A program made the translations under genes and the position numbers. From NCBI GenBank assembly GCA_002633005.1, contig NMRA01000505.1, positions 12,453-76,452 on the forward strand: 64,000 nt of DNA. The letters run 5' to 3'. The stretch is from Phoronis australis. Its lineage: Eukaryota > Animalia > Phoronida. The notes beneath the pieces were generated by a model. That model made no database searches. It saw only the letters and a program-made list of their open reading frames with translations, and was not told where the DNA came from. The stretch's first letter is position 1. Each line of letters opens with the position of its first letter. This document shows, one piece after another, positions 36,651 to 49,330 of this stretch.

Positions 36651-37587
36651 ACTACTTTCTATGTGCTAGAAATTTGTTTGCCAATTTCATGAATATCCAT
36701 CAACTTGATATGAATTTAAATGCAAAAAGAAAACAAAATCGCATCTTATGGACTCGTAGTAGTACAATTTGTCTCCAATTAAATGTCGAGTGTACTCTCC
36801 TCAACAGAATCTCATATTGAGGCACAGGCGAAAAAACTAAATTGCTGCAGCTGGTTACGCACTTACTGTAAGAACTTGAATCCAATTTTTTTTGAGTGCT
36901 TTGGCCGATAGACAGCCAGATGGAAAAAAAATAAAATGGCACCAAAACTGCAGTTGCCAAATTTAACACACGTGTTGCAACATGTTTAGAGGGGTACAGC
37001 CATTGTAATCCTCAGTAGTCTGAATCAGTCAATCATCATTGTCAGTTGTGCGCTTCACAGAGGGAACAGAGATGCAAGTGTTTGTAGGTTGGTTTGTTCA
37101 GTTGGAGGATGAGGAGGACCCAAAAACGGACTCAAAAATTATTTCAAGGGTCCTAGTTGACATAGAGTAAGTCACATACATCTGAAAACGGTAAAGTAGT
37201 TATTTGCTCAATTTCACGAGAATTGGTGAAGGACAGTGGAAAAGATTAAAAAGTTACACTTGGAGGCTCGGTGGTGGATGGCAGTCACTAAGGGACGCCA
37301 CACTAATCGAAGCTGTCTGAAAATAATTGCCAGCTGTCCTCTTCACAGTAGACACGTATGCCTTTGGATTTGACTGATAAAAAGCTGCAGAAACAGTGAA
37401 AATGACCACTATGTGGTACAGAATGCGCTGAATACATCACAAAATGGAGACATGGTTTCTTCGCTTTGACAAATACCTATTTGCCAAATTTCAAGAAAAT
37501 CCATCAAGGAACTCCGAAAATGCAGATGCAAACCTAAAAAACTAACTGCTACTGGGGCACATACCAGTAGACGTATTCGTCCTAAAA

Positions 37588-37710
37588 TTTGCTAGTGCCG
37601 TCTATCCATAATGGAATCGTACGTACAGAATTTCATCCATCTACGGATTTTGCTAGTGCCGTCTCCATAATGGAATCGTACGTACAAAATTTCATCCATC
37701 TACGGATTTT
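37588..37710. repeat. Tandem duplication of ~60 bp
   Basis: tttgctagtgccgtct…catccatctacgga occurs twice. Confidence 0.9.
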
Positions 37711-38495
37711 GGAGATAGTGGATACCATGACGGATGAGGATGATGTCATGATGTGCTCTTGTAGTATATGTGGGTGAAGAATGCTGCTGGGAAGCAATTT
37801 TGAACAAATCTGGAATCTTTTGTATTTTCACAGACATCAATTGTTCTCAATTTGAAATTGACTATATTAAATTGATGGCCATGCCCATGTATTGCATGGC
37901 AGCATAACAGAGAAGTGCGGTATGTCATTTACCACCAACCCCAGTCAATCAAAGAAGTTTTTGACATGAACAGGGGTGATGTATTGGGCTTTGATGAAGA
38001 GCACTTACTTGATCCATGTGGATAACGTGAGAATGAAGACAAAACACTGAGTATGAGGAAACTGGGAGAGTGTCCTGGTCTTATCTTAACCTACACAGAC
38101 AATTGGTTTGCTTCACAACGTGATCTGAGAAGGAATCGTCATCGTTACTGATCATGTCAAGAGTGCCCCATATTGAGTGGGGGATATCGCAGTACCCATA
38201 ATTTGCCACCGAGTCGTTTATAGTTTAGAGCAATGAAGAGTGGATAAAAGTACGTCATTTCTAGGCAGAGTGAAGCGCTTGAAAAAATTCTACACATCAA
38301 GTCAGAAACAAAAAATACTTCACTTGCATCTGAATGAATGAGTTTGTCCGTCTAAAAGTACATTCGAGAAGGTGGCCAGAACTAAGCTTTCAACCCGAAT
38401 TTACCAGATCTAACCTCAGGGTCCCGAAAGTACAGGCATGGAATGGGATAGTGCTGGTTTTATTTGTGACTTTGACAAACAATCTCCCTACTAAA

Positions 38496-38740
38496 CATGC
38501 GCGCACCCAGCCTAAAAATGGGGGCTCGAATTTTCGAGAGTGTGGACCTTTTACTAAACGGGCTACGTTCTATGAATTGTGCATTCGCCGAATTTAGATA
38601 GTTCCTTCCCCCTTTTTAATGTACCTATGTCTCATTCCCTACTGTTTTCAGAGTTTTTGTTTCTCTGAGACGGACCTTTTTGCCCACTTCGCCACAATAA
38701 AGGTGCTCGTTCGAGCCCCCCTCCCCCGAGTGCGCGCTTG
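38496..38740. mobile_element. MITE CATGCGCGCACCC family
   Basis: TIR CATGCGCGCAC / GTGCGCGCTTG; exact 5-bp TSD CTAAA. Confidence 0.85.
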
Positions 38741-39277
38741 CTAAAGGGTGCCCTTTTCGACAATTCCCAGGTAAGAGACCTTTCTTATTTTATTTAATGG
38801 ATTCGTTTTCTAAGAAACTGTACATGAGGCTCTTTATTCAACAGCAAAAGTCTAACAAATTTTGATCGCTAGCAGAAGATACACTTGTTTTGCTGCCATT
38901 GCATCTCGAACTGTTTAGACCTTAATTGCATTAATAACACAACTGTCCAGCAGTCGCTACACAAGGTTTTGTTTATGGCTTTAATCCCTGCTAAAGGCTG
39001 GTTTTTGTCCCAATTAATGGAAGTTCTCTGCAAATGTCTCTTTTTACATCCTCTCTATTGGGGTGGGTATCTAATAAGCAGGAAGTGATCAGTGCATGTA
39101 CCAGAATGTGTACCTATATTATTTTGAAACCAACAGATAGTCGTTTGGATTGCTGATGTTCCATACTGGGGTGATCCCGGATTACACATTGACACTTGAA
39201 TCTCGTGGTATTTACCCACAATGCGGTAACATCTGTCAAGCCTTCACTAGTCTCGTTTTCACAATTCGGATCGAGTA

Positions 39278-40749
39278 CCGTATTCGCTGTAATCACCCCC
39301 CAGGGCGCTTAGAAAAGTTCGTTTCAGGGGGGGGGGCGCTTATTATAACCCAAGGCCGTTGAAACCCGATCTCCGAAACTGGTGAAATAGGAAGCTAAGA
39401 TCCGTCATATTTACGCTCTGTGACGTATCTGTAACCTATGAAAAGGCTTTCTACAAAACCGTGGTGCATTGCTATCAAACTTTGCTGCTAAATTACGATT
39501 ATTTTACAGAAAATTGTGCTGAAATTCCAGGGCGAAAACTCGCAGACTGCCTGCCTCGCAATTGTCGATATGGCGAATTGAATGCTTGAATAAAAATACA
39601 TTTTCGACTCAAGTATATTACCTGAAATCCTTACGTTTTCCAAGTAACGTCCCTAAGATTTTTATGTTCCCATGGAGTCAGGATCACGGCAGGTACAAAT
39701 CTGTGTTAGTACATCGTGCCATCTACATGTATGATTGGCAACATGAGGAAAATGTCTGGACGAACACACGTTTGTTGTCGCGTGACATTTGTTTTGAAGT
39801 TGTCTGCGTTTGTGAGTAAGCGCGCGCGCGTGCGTGTCACCAGAGTTCATTTGCCAGAGCAGATACCGTCTTGTGGCCAGAGCCACGCAATCTAACGAGC
39901 TAGATGTGCATTGTATCTAAAGAAATTTGCACTAGCAGTAGGCCTAAACCAGAGCTTTTCATTCAGCACTTGCTGGTCTCATGTGCTTAAAACGTTCGAC
40001 ACTTGTCTCGGTAACGCCATATTAGTTGCCGTGTGGCTGGATGTGGCGTACGTGACTATCTGGCAGTTATTTTTCGGTGTAAGGGTGTGTAAGCATTCAC
40101 TGTCAGTGGTCATTTTATCGGTTATTTGGCTTAAAAACACCAATTATGGTTAATCAAACAATTCATCTTAAAAATAACGCAAACATTTTTTATAGTATTA
40201 ACTGTTGGAAATTAGTGCCAATATTTATTTCTTACCGTCTTTGATGACAGGTTCATGTATGTAGCGCGCGCTTCCTGGCCACGTGCTTTTAACACTGGTC
40301 AAGCTTTTTATTAGTCTTCGATTCGTGGTTTTCACATGTAGGCCTACAAAGAAATTTGGATTCCTGTTTAAAGCGGGACATATCTATAAAGCAATCCCGT
40401 AGACAAGTACCGGTACACTACTTCTGTTCTGAAAGGCCAGACCATTTGTTCCTGCAAGATCAGCAGAACTTCTGTGTTTGTTTTGAGGCATGGCGGAAGT
40501 TTGAAGTGAAAAGTCACGGCTAAATACCGACATAGCGGTTAGGCTCGTGGTCTACAAATTCTGCGCACAAAGATTTTTTTCAGGACCCTCTGATATTATT
40601 GATAAATTGAAGACGTAGAATTTTAGGAATGCAGGTAAGGCATTTTTCGCACGTACACGTTCATGGACTGGACGCTTATTTTAGCAAAGTCTGAAAACAT
40701 GTGGGGGGGGCGCTTATATGGGCATGGCTGGTCATTATGGCGAATACGG
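39278..40749 (+). mobile_element. TA-flanked CCGTATTCGC family element (TcMar/pogo-like non-autonomous), full length
   Basis: TIR TA|CCGTATTCGC…GCGAATACGG|TA; aagcgccc subterminal motifs. Confidence 0.85.
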
Positions 40750-40778
40750 TAGTTCCACTCGATAACAGCAAGTTCAGT

Positions 40779-42203
40779 AGCTGACACCTGACGGCAGACG
40801 GAGGAGTTGAAATTAACCAATGATGCAATCTGTTCGAATACAGTCTGTTCAGCCTTGCTGGTGTCAACTTATTATTTGAATGCATCATTTTACACCAATA
40901 AATCATCAAATTTTCTATGTATAACCCTTAAAAGTGCATTGATATCTTGAAGAAACTTGTTTTATTTCACGGATTTATAGATGTTTGAACGTACGGTAGC
41001 CTACAGAGTAGAGTCCTAGTTTCTTTTGGCCAGTTTATCGAGGTCGATCACGGGAGTTTGGGTTTGTTTGGTGATAAATTCGAAACATTCTTCCATGAAA
41101 TACAGACATGAAAGATGTTGTGGTTTTAGACTTGCGATTTTTTCAGTTCTAAACACACACAACGCTTGTTATCCCAGCCAGTCCCTGACCCCAGGCCTGT
41201 CCCGGCCACCGGGACTGGACATCACAAATATAAACCAACTTCTTAAGTTGGAAACTAAACCTCCAGTCACAAAAAGAATATACTGGTGAGTCAAAGAAAT
41301 GATGCGCACGTAATTATTTTGGTGATTAAGCTCCGAAACTGCAAATCTACTTACTTGTCGGGGGCCGCGAAGTCAAGTTGCCCTTTTACAGAACCATCAG
41401 TGCAAAAGTTGTACAGTAACAATGACGTAGATGCACGTCTAAATAATGATTCCCCTAACATGTGACCATAGCATTTAAAATCGAGTTACTGCTTCACAAC
41501 AGCTTTCTGTTAGCAAATACTGAATTAGCATACACTCACATGGTCTCAGTGCACGGTCAATTACCTTTATTGCATCTGAACCCGGTAACGCTATCGTTTA
41601 TTCATTGCTGGCTTCTCAAAATATTTGCACTCACGAATACTCCAAAGGCATTACATAATGTATCTAATGAGACAGACTTTGTTTCAGTTTTATATAAGCA
41701 TTGCTTAGGGTGAGACTATTTCATTTTGAACCAAAATGCAGAATAATAAACATCAGCATGGCAACTCGCAATCCCGACTTATACGAGAGCTCATCCGACA
41801 AGGACTTTGCAGGTGGATGGTTTTACAGGCTATCAGTTCGAACCGGAATACTGTGATAAGAAATACTAGAGAGGCATCGTGAACATGCACAGGAAACAGA
41901 ACGTATGGATAGTTCTTTGGTAAGCTGGCCTTCGTCAGACTCGCTGTCAATGACTGCCGGCCACAGACACAGAAATGTTTCACGGCCTCATACTTGCTAT
42001 TAACAGCGTACTCTTCATTCTTCACTACCGCGAGCCATATCCTGAGCATTTTTGACTCTCGAGGAAGTCGAAAAAAAGGTATATCCGATTTCCTTGCAGC
42101 TGCATAGTTTGGGCAAGTGGGAACGATGCACCGCAACATAGTGGCATTCACTCTGCAAATGAACCACTGACGTTGCTGCATCGTTTCTCACCTTCCTCAC
42201 AGG
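40779..42203 (-). mobile_element. Truncated Kolobok-like copy with THAP-domain remnant
   Basis: Homologous to 49419-51175. ORF 41753..42181 reads MLRCIVPTCPNY…FFRLPRESKMLRIWLAVVK…VCGRQ, a THAP pattern C..P.C…FF.LP…W…VC. Confidence 0.75.
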
Positions 42204-42701
42204 ATTTCTATCTGGGGGCATCCTTTTCCGTCGTTGGTAAGCTAAGGGTTTAAGACTTTAAGTACATGCAGGACACAACATAACTAGCTGCATGTTGCAT
42301 TTGCGACCTGAAGTTAGGAAATTGAACTGAGATTTTTGCTACTTCCTTGCAGAAGTCGCACATGTACAATTAGGATATTCCTGCTCATGCAAGCCAAGAC
42401 TTTTACACTCCATGACTGGAAAAAATAGAGTCAAGTCGTGTGAGTCCAATTATTTTAAACTAATCCGACAGAATCAGTTTTCTGTCACCAGTTGACCGTC
42501 ACCAGTTGACCGTCACCAATTGACAGTCACCTGTTGACTGTCGCCTATTCAAATGGAAAATAACACAGCACACGAGAAACCTTTTTAATTGTAGTAACAT
42601 TTTGGGAGCTAGAATCTGCATCCTAGGCATTTGGCCTGGTTGATGATAGCATTGAGAGCTGGCATAAACAATAGTGTTCACAATAGGCAAGTGACACAAT
42701 A

Positions 42702-44259
42702 CCGTAATCGTTCGGGTTAACGCCCTGGGCGGTTAAATTGGCAAACCCAAAAAATCGGGGGTGGGCGGTTAACCAGACATGGGCGCTTAAACGTGAAATT
42801 TCAAGAAATCCAGGGTGGGCGGTTAACCGAACATGGGCGCTTATTACGACAGGCAACCGCCCTGGGCGGTTAATCTTACCTCGTACTCGGAACGCGTAGT
42901 ACTTTTCAAAGAGCGTTATCGTCACGTCGCCACATGACGAGAAAAATGTCATAACAGCGGATGATCCCAACAAAGATTCTCTTGCCCTCAGATTAGTTAT
43001 TCACTGTTAAATTTACAGAATTACTGAGTAATAGCCCCGTGGCGTCCTNNNNNNNNNNNNNNNNNNNNNNNNNNNNNNNNNNNNNNNNNNNNNNNNNNNN
43101 NNNNNNNNNNNNNNNNNNNNNNNNNNNNNNNNNNNNNNNNNNNNNNNNNNNNNNNNNNNNNNNNNNNNNNNNNNNNNNNNNNNNNNNNNNNNNNNNNNNN
43201 NNNNNNNNNNNNNNNNNNNNNNNNNNNNNNNNNNNNNNNNNNNNNNNNNNNNNNNNNNNNNNNNNNNNNNNNNNNNNNNNNNNNNNNNNNNNNNNNNNNN
43301 NNNNNNNNNNNNNNNNNNNNNNNNNNNNNNNNNNNNNNNNNNNNNNNNNNNNNNNNNNNNNNNNNNNNNNNNNNNNNNNNNNNNNNNNNNNNNNNNNNNN
43401 NNNNNNNNNNNNNNNNNNNNNNNNNNNNNNNNNNNNNNNNNNNNNNNNNNNNNNNNNNNNNNNNNNNNNNNNNNNNNNNNNNNNNNNNNNNNNNNNNNNN
43501 NNNNNNNNNNNNNNNNNNNNNNNNNNNNNNNNNNNNNNNNNNNNNNNNNNNNNNNNNNNNNNNNNNNNNNNNNNNNNNNNNNNNNNNNNNNNNNNNNNNN
43601 NNNNNNNNNNNNNNNNNNNNNNNNNNNNNNNNNNNNNNNNNNNNNNNNNNNNNNNNNNNNNNNNNNNNNNNNNNNNNNNNNNNNNNNNNNNNNNNNNNNN
43701 NNNNNNNNNNNNNNNNNNNNNNNNNNNNNNNNNNNNNNNNNNNNNNNNNNNNNNNNNNNNNNNNNNNNNNNNNNNNNNNNNNNNNNNNNNNNNNNNNNNN
43801 NNNNNNNNNNNNNNNNNNNNNNNNNNNNNNNNNNNNNNNNNNNNNNNNNNNNNNNNNNNNNNNNNNNNNNNNNNNNNNNNNNNNNNNAAAATAAAGTGAC
43901 AAAAACGTTAAAGTATTATATTTTGAAGTGAGTCCATGACCCAAGACAAGAACTCCTTACTTGTATTGTAATTCACATTGCTAAACCACCGTCTTGAAGG
44001 CCCGGCGTTGTTACGCTCATTGTGATCATCGATCTTTTTGTAAAAGTCGGGGAATCACCGTTTCGTTAGCACAGGGCGCTAAATCTTCATTCCTTAAAAG
44101 TCCGGGATGGGCGCTTAACCGAGAGGTGGGCGCTTAACTGGAAATCTTCAAAAATCGTAGGGGGGCGCTTAACTGAGCAGTGGGCGGTTAAATCGAAAAT
44201 CCACCTAAAGTAGGGGTGGGCGGTTAACTGAGCATGGGCGTTAACCCGAACGATTACGG
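42702..44259. mobile_element. TA-flanked TIR element spanning the N gap
   Basis: TIR CCGTAATCGTTCGGGTTAACGCCC at both ends, TA flanks, gggcggttaa/gggcgcttaa subterminal repeats. Confidence 0.8.
43049..43887. other. Assembly gap (839 N)
   Basis: Run of N. Confidence 1.
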
Positions 44260-47229
44260 TAATATACATTGTGAGCGTTGATGAACTAAAATGTACAAGC
44301 TAACCTCAGAGGATGTATTCACACTGGCAGCTCTATATGGAAAAGTTGTTTTACAAGACTTACCAGCTGGAATCTGCCTGTTCACAGTTCTCAAACATTC
44401 CTCCGCTTGAATTGTCAAAAAGATAACACCTGCCAGAAATATTCACGGCTTGATAACCGTGTTGACTGTTTGATCATGTAGAAGAGTGGCAAATCAATTT
44501 CACTGAAGGTGTTCTCAAAAGCGCTTGTACTGCCAAGAACGAAGATAATCATCCATTAGACTCCGCAAAATCTCTTTCCGAGAATGAAACTTAGTGTGAC
44601 CACTACATCTATTAGTATTCGTGTACATGACCTAAAATTAAAACAAACTTTCGGATGGTTTAGTTGAAAAGGAATGTAGGTTGTGCACAAGGTTAATCAT
44701 TACACATACATGTCAATTTAAGATTTTGAAAAGAAACATGGCAGCTTTTCATCACTAGAAACCGATTTCACTCGAAATTGGCAGTAATCTATACTTCATA
44801 TTCTAAAAATTGGGAGATTCATGACTTAGTTGTTTCCCAGTTACTCCTTGGAACTCACATGGAAGACCTTAGGCGGATAGGTCAAACAAAGATATTGTTA
44901 AAACAAAGAAGACTTACGGGAAGAAGCAGCAGGTTACTACGCTTCAATTTGATGTTGACATGCCGTTGTTCCGGAGGAGGCAGCAGGTTACTATGTTTCT
45001 GTTTGATGCTGACATGACGTCCCATGCATACATAACTTGCTAAGATGTTGTTCAAAATAGATTTTTGCTTTCAAATAATTAAATGACTCGAGACCCGTTT
45101 TTGGTGAAATTGCATCTTCACCTGTAACAATGATGAAACCGTGCAAATATCAGCTCCTGCGTTGATACCTTACAAGTTGCCGCTTGTCGTTATGCCGCCT
45201 GAAATCTCGTGTTGAGTCAGTCTCATATGGCTGTTATACGAGACTACAAGAATGAGAATGAAACATGAAATGAGATAACCATGGGATGAGCAAGAATGAC
45301 TTGAGGCAAAAGAAATCATCATTAGCAAGACATGGGTATATACTGAGGTATGTGAACTGAAGTGAACTAACAGATACTGCGGCTATCACTATGTGTACAT
45401 TACTGCCTGGATACCTTGCTCTTCGTCATCCCGGTCAGTTGTGCCCGACACTTGTTGGCTTTGTACGTATAAAGAATCTAGCAGTTGACCCTCGAGAACT
45501 AACACATGGCCAACCATTGTAATAGCATAATAATTTGGAGATCTAACATATGAGTCGTGAATTTTGGAGCTAGAATGTGAACCAGAACATTTAAAGTTGA
45601 TGTTGCGTCACAAATGGCAAGCCATACGCGTCCCTTTGAACTGATCTAAAGATTTCCTTGTGCAAGACTTGTTGTACAGTGCTGTTTATGGGCTCCTGTT
45701 GCTAACACAGAATTTTTTGATGAGATGAAACTACATATTTCACAGCGTAACATACTGTGCATTTCCAGCACTTTTAAACTGCGGTGAACTCTGCAATGTT
45801 ATAACTAATATTTCAACTAAAGTGTGTTAGAATTGTTGTACAGTCTTAAGATGCAAAGGAGAAGTATTTCAATTTTCTATATATATAGTATCCTGTTTGT
45901 CTACTTAAATTGTAAATTGAACTTTTTAATTCTTGAAAGTCATTTTTACGGTCAAGAAACGTGTGCTTGTGGTATTGCTGGGCAGGATAGACTTTTTGAA
46001 GTTCTTGGCTTTGGCCAGAGCTATAAAACAATAAATTCTTTTTTTCTGATTTGATTTTAAAACTTCAATCCTCATCATTGCCAGTTATTCAGTAACTTTC
46101 CAGTAAAATTGTCAGTTAACTCTGGCAGCATTTGACTCTACCGTGAAGGTACGAGCTTTGAGTTTGTGGTGCAGCCGATTTGTCAAATACAATTTTTTTG
46201 TCACCAATAATGTGACTTAAAATTGATTTTACCAAAGATTCTATTTTTGTCAATGCTTAGTGACTTCAATAAGTTACATTATTCAGAGAACAGTATTTAA
46301 GAGGCTGTTGTTTCTAGATTATGACCTTGCAAACATTACATGACCTTTACACGTTAGTATCTCTTTCAGGTGTACGTCATGTTTGATGTCAGTTTCATGG
46401 CAGACCTTCAAGCCTACCTTCTGAAGCCAAGGTAATTGTTTAAAAATGGAATCTGAAGTCTGAAATTGTTTATGGTGATATCAAGTTTGTTGAAGGTGTA
46501 TGACTAACATTCTTACGATTTTATGATAGACCAAACCAAATGAGTAGGCCCAATGCAATATCACTGCAGGCCCTTAGCCAGCATTGCACAGGGAGTGGTT
46601 CGAATTTCTGTAACGGTGGACCTTTGATATTTCGCATACATCGACCTGGTATAGTTTTCAGTAAGGCCCTTGACGCAGCTTCATTAGGGGGTAGGGAAAT
46701 CTATACATAACCATGACTCTCAGCTCTATGTTCCTGAGATAAGACGAAAATGAGGAGGCTGTGACGGTTGCTAATAAAGAATGGGAGTCAAATTTAGATA
46801 TGTCATGTAGTCCAGAAAAAGAACGTTCTGGCGTTACCTGCCACCAAACTTTCAAATCAGGTGTGCTTAAGTTGATAGCAATGCACCACAATTTTGTAGA
46901 AAGGCTGTCATAGGCTACAAATACGTCACAGAGCGTAAATTTGATGAATCCTAGCTTCCGATTTTACCCGTTTGGGAAACCGGGATTCAGCTCCCGTAGG
47001 CTCACTACAATAAGCGTCCCCTCCCTGTGGAATGAATTTTTCTAAGCGTTTGTTTGAGCCAATACAGTATACAGCTTTCCACCATGGCTAGGTGATGCAA
47101 GACATTATTCTTTGTTGCATTATAGTAACTGGTCTTGGCTAATTATCATTTTATGGCCTGGTCATCCATTCAGCCAAAAGTAGTTCCAGAGGTGGGTTAT
47201 CACGCATGCTGACTCACAATAGAAGCCTG

Positions 47230-48517
47230 ATAAGAGTGAAGGTGGATAAATGCGGTGTTCCTACAGTTTCTTGTTTTAGTGGATGTGTTCACGACATGTT
47301 AGCCGTGACTATATACTTCAAAGTAACGCAGCGCTTCAAAAAGAACGCAACAGCGTTGCTACTCTCTCGACGACCGTGCCCTACTATGGTCTGACCTTTC
47401 AGTAGACACATCGACTGTCTCATGAGTAAAAATAACTTGGTGTTAAACGCATGTGGCCAGGAAGTGCGCGCTACATAATATATTATATGAACCTGTCATC
47501 AAAGACATTACTTGGGAACTATCCATTCATGAAACGGGTAGCATAGCATCGGTAAGAAATAAATATTGGCACTAATTTCCGACAATTTCTAATACTATAA
47601 AACATGTTTCCGTTATTTATGAGATATATTGTTTGATTAACCATAATTGGTGTTCTTAAGCCGAATATCCAATAAAATGACAACTGACAGTGAATGCTTA
47701 CACACCCTTACACCGAAAAATAACTGTCATAGTTATACGTACGTACGCATCCAGCTACACGGCGACTAATATGGGGCTTACCGAGACAAATGTCGAATGT
47801 TTTTAGCACATGAGACCGACAAGTGCTGAATGAAACACGCTCTGGTTTAGGTCTACTGCTTGTGCAAATTTCTTTAGACGCAATCAATGCACATCTAGCT
47901 CATTAGATTGCGTGGCTCTGGCCGAAAGACGGTCTCTGCTTTGGCAAATGACCTCTGGTAACACGCACGCGCTCGCTTACTCACACATGCAGACGAACTT
48001 CAAAACAAACGTCACGTGAGAACAACATGTGTGTTCGTCCAGACATTTTTCTTGCCGTGTTGCCGATCATACATGTAGATGGCACGATGTTGCACAGATT
48101 TGTACTTAAACCTGCCGTTAATCCAGACCCCACGGGAACTTAAGGAAAATCTTAGAGACGCTAGAAAACTAATGAAGATTTCAGGTAACTTGCTTGAGTA
48201 GAAACTATTTTTATTCAAGCATTGAAGTCGCCATATCGAAGACGGCGATTTCGAGGCAATCAGTCAGCGAGTTTTCCCCGCACAATTTTCTGTAAAATGA
48301 TCGTAATTAAGTAGCAAAGTTTGATAGCAATGCACCACAGTTTTGTTGAAAGTCTTTCATAGATTACAGATACGTCACAGAGTGTACATTTAATGAATCT
48401 TAGCTTCCGATTTCACCCGTTTCGGAGACCGGGTTTCAACAGCTTTGGGTTATAATAAGCGCCCCTCTGAACTGAACTTTTCTAAGCGCCCTGGGCGGTT
48501 ATTACGGCGAATACGGT
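47230..48517 (-). mobile_element. CCGTATTCGC-family copy, inverted relative to 39278-40749 (extra end fragment at 46870-47070)
   Basis: Reverse-complement homology; ends ggcgaatacgg|ta. Confidence 0.8.
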
Positions 48518-49330
48518 ATATGTGCTATAATTGCTTCGAAGGATCGGCAGTAACCGTGGCTGGAATGCCGGCAGCTTCGAGACTAAGTCTACAGCTAACT
48601 CCTGTTGAAATTCTCCATACTTCAAAATTCTTGTTTGCAGGTACTGATAATTGCCTTCAATGGTTTTCATAATAAGAGACTAGAAATCCAAGTTGTCACA
48701 CACGCCCACTGGTCTGGTGCTGCCTTACATTTTCACTGGCCACCTTGCTGCAGTCGACTTGCGCAATAGCCGAAGTAGTGTCCACATTTGTGGTCACGTG
48801 CTGGGTACAGGCCAATGAGACAAGTTGCAGCAACAAATTCAGTACGAATCCATAAACCCTTTTACACGCATAATTAAATGCGCAAAACTGCTCCTGTATT
48901 TCTTAAACCTTTAATTTAATGCTCAAGCTATACAACGAGTGCGTGTTGAAACACAACATTGACGTTGGACCAAAGATGGACTCCTTGCATCAGGGCCTTA
49001 GTAAGCGGGGTGAGGGCGAGTGCCACCCCAAAAAAATTGCATGCCTCAGGGTTAAACCATGGCAACCGACAAAGGTGTGCAGCTGGGGAAAGACAAAAAA
49101 GAAAGACTTCTAATACTGATCAGAGAGAAAACTCAAGATAACTTTGACAACTCGGTATCAGTGTATGGTTTACCATTTGAGGACCCTGACCAGGACAATT
49201 GTTGTTAAGGTCTCCGTTTTTCCAGCATAGGTCGTCTAAGCACTCTTGAAAATGTGCACTTTATCATTCATGCATGTATTTCGAAAATTAGAGAAAATTT
49301 GTAAAGCAAAAATTTTGCGGAGCGTATTAA

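Noticed and set aside
43021-43944. Long ORFs 43021..43944 and 43039..43899
   Set aside because: Artefacts of translating the N gap.
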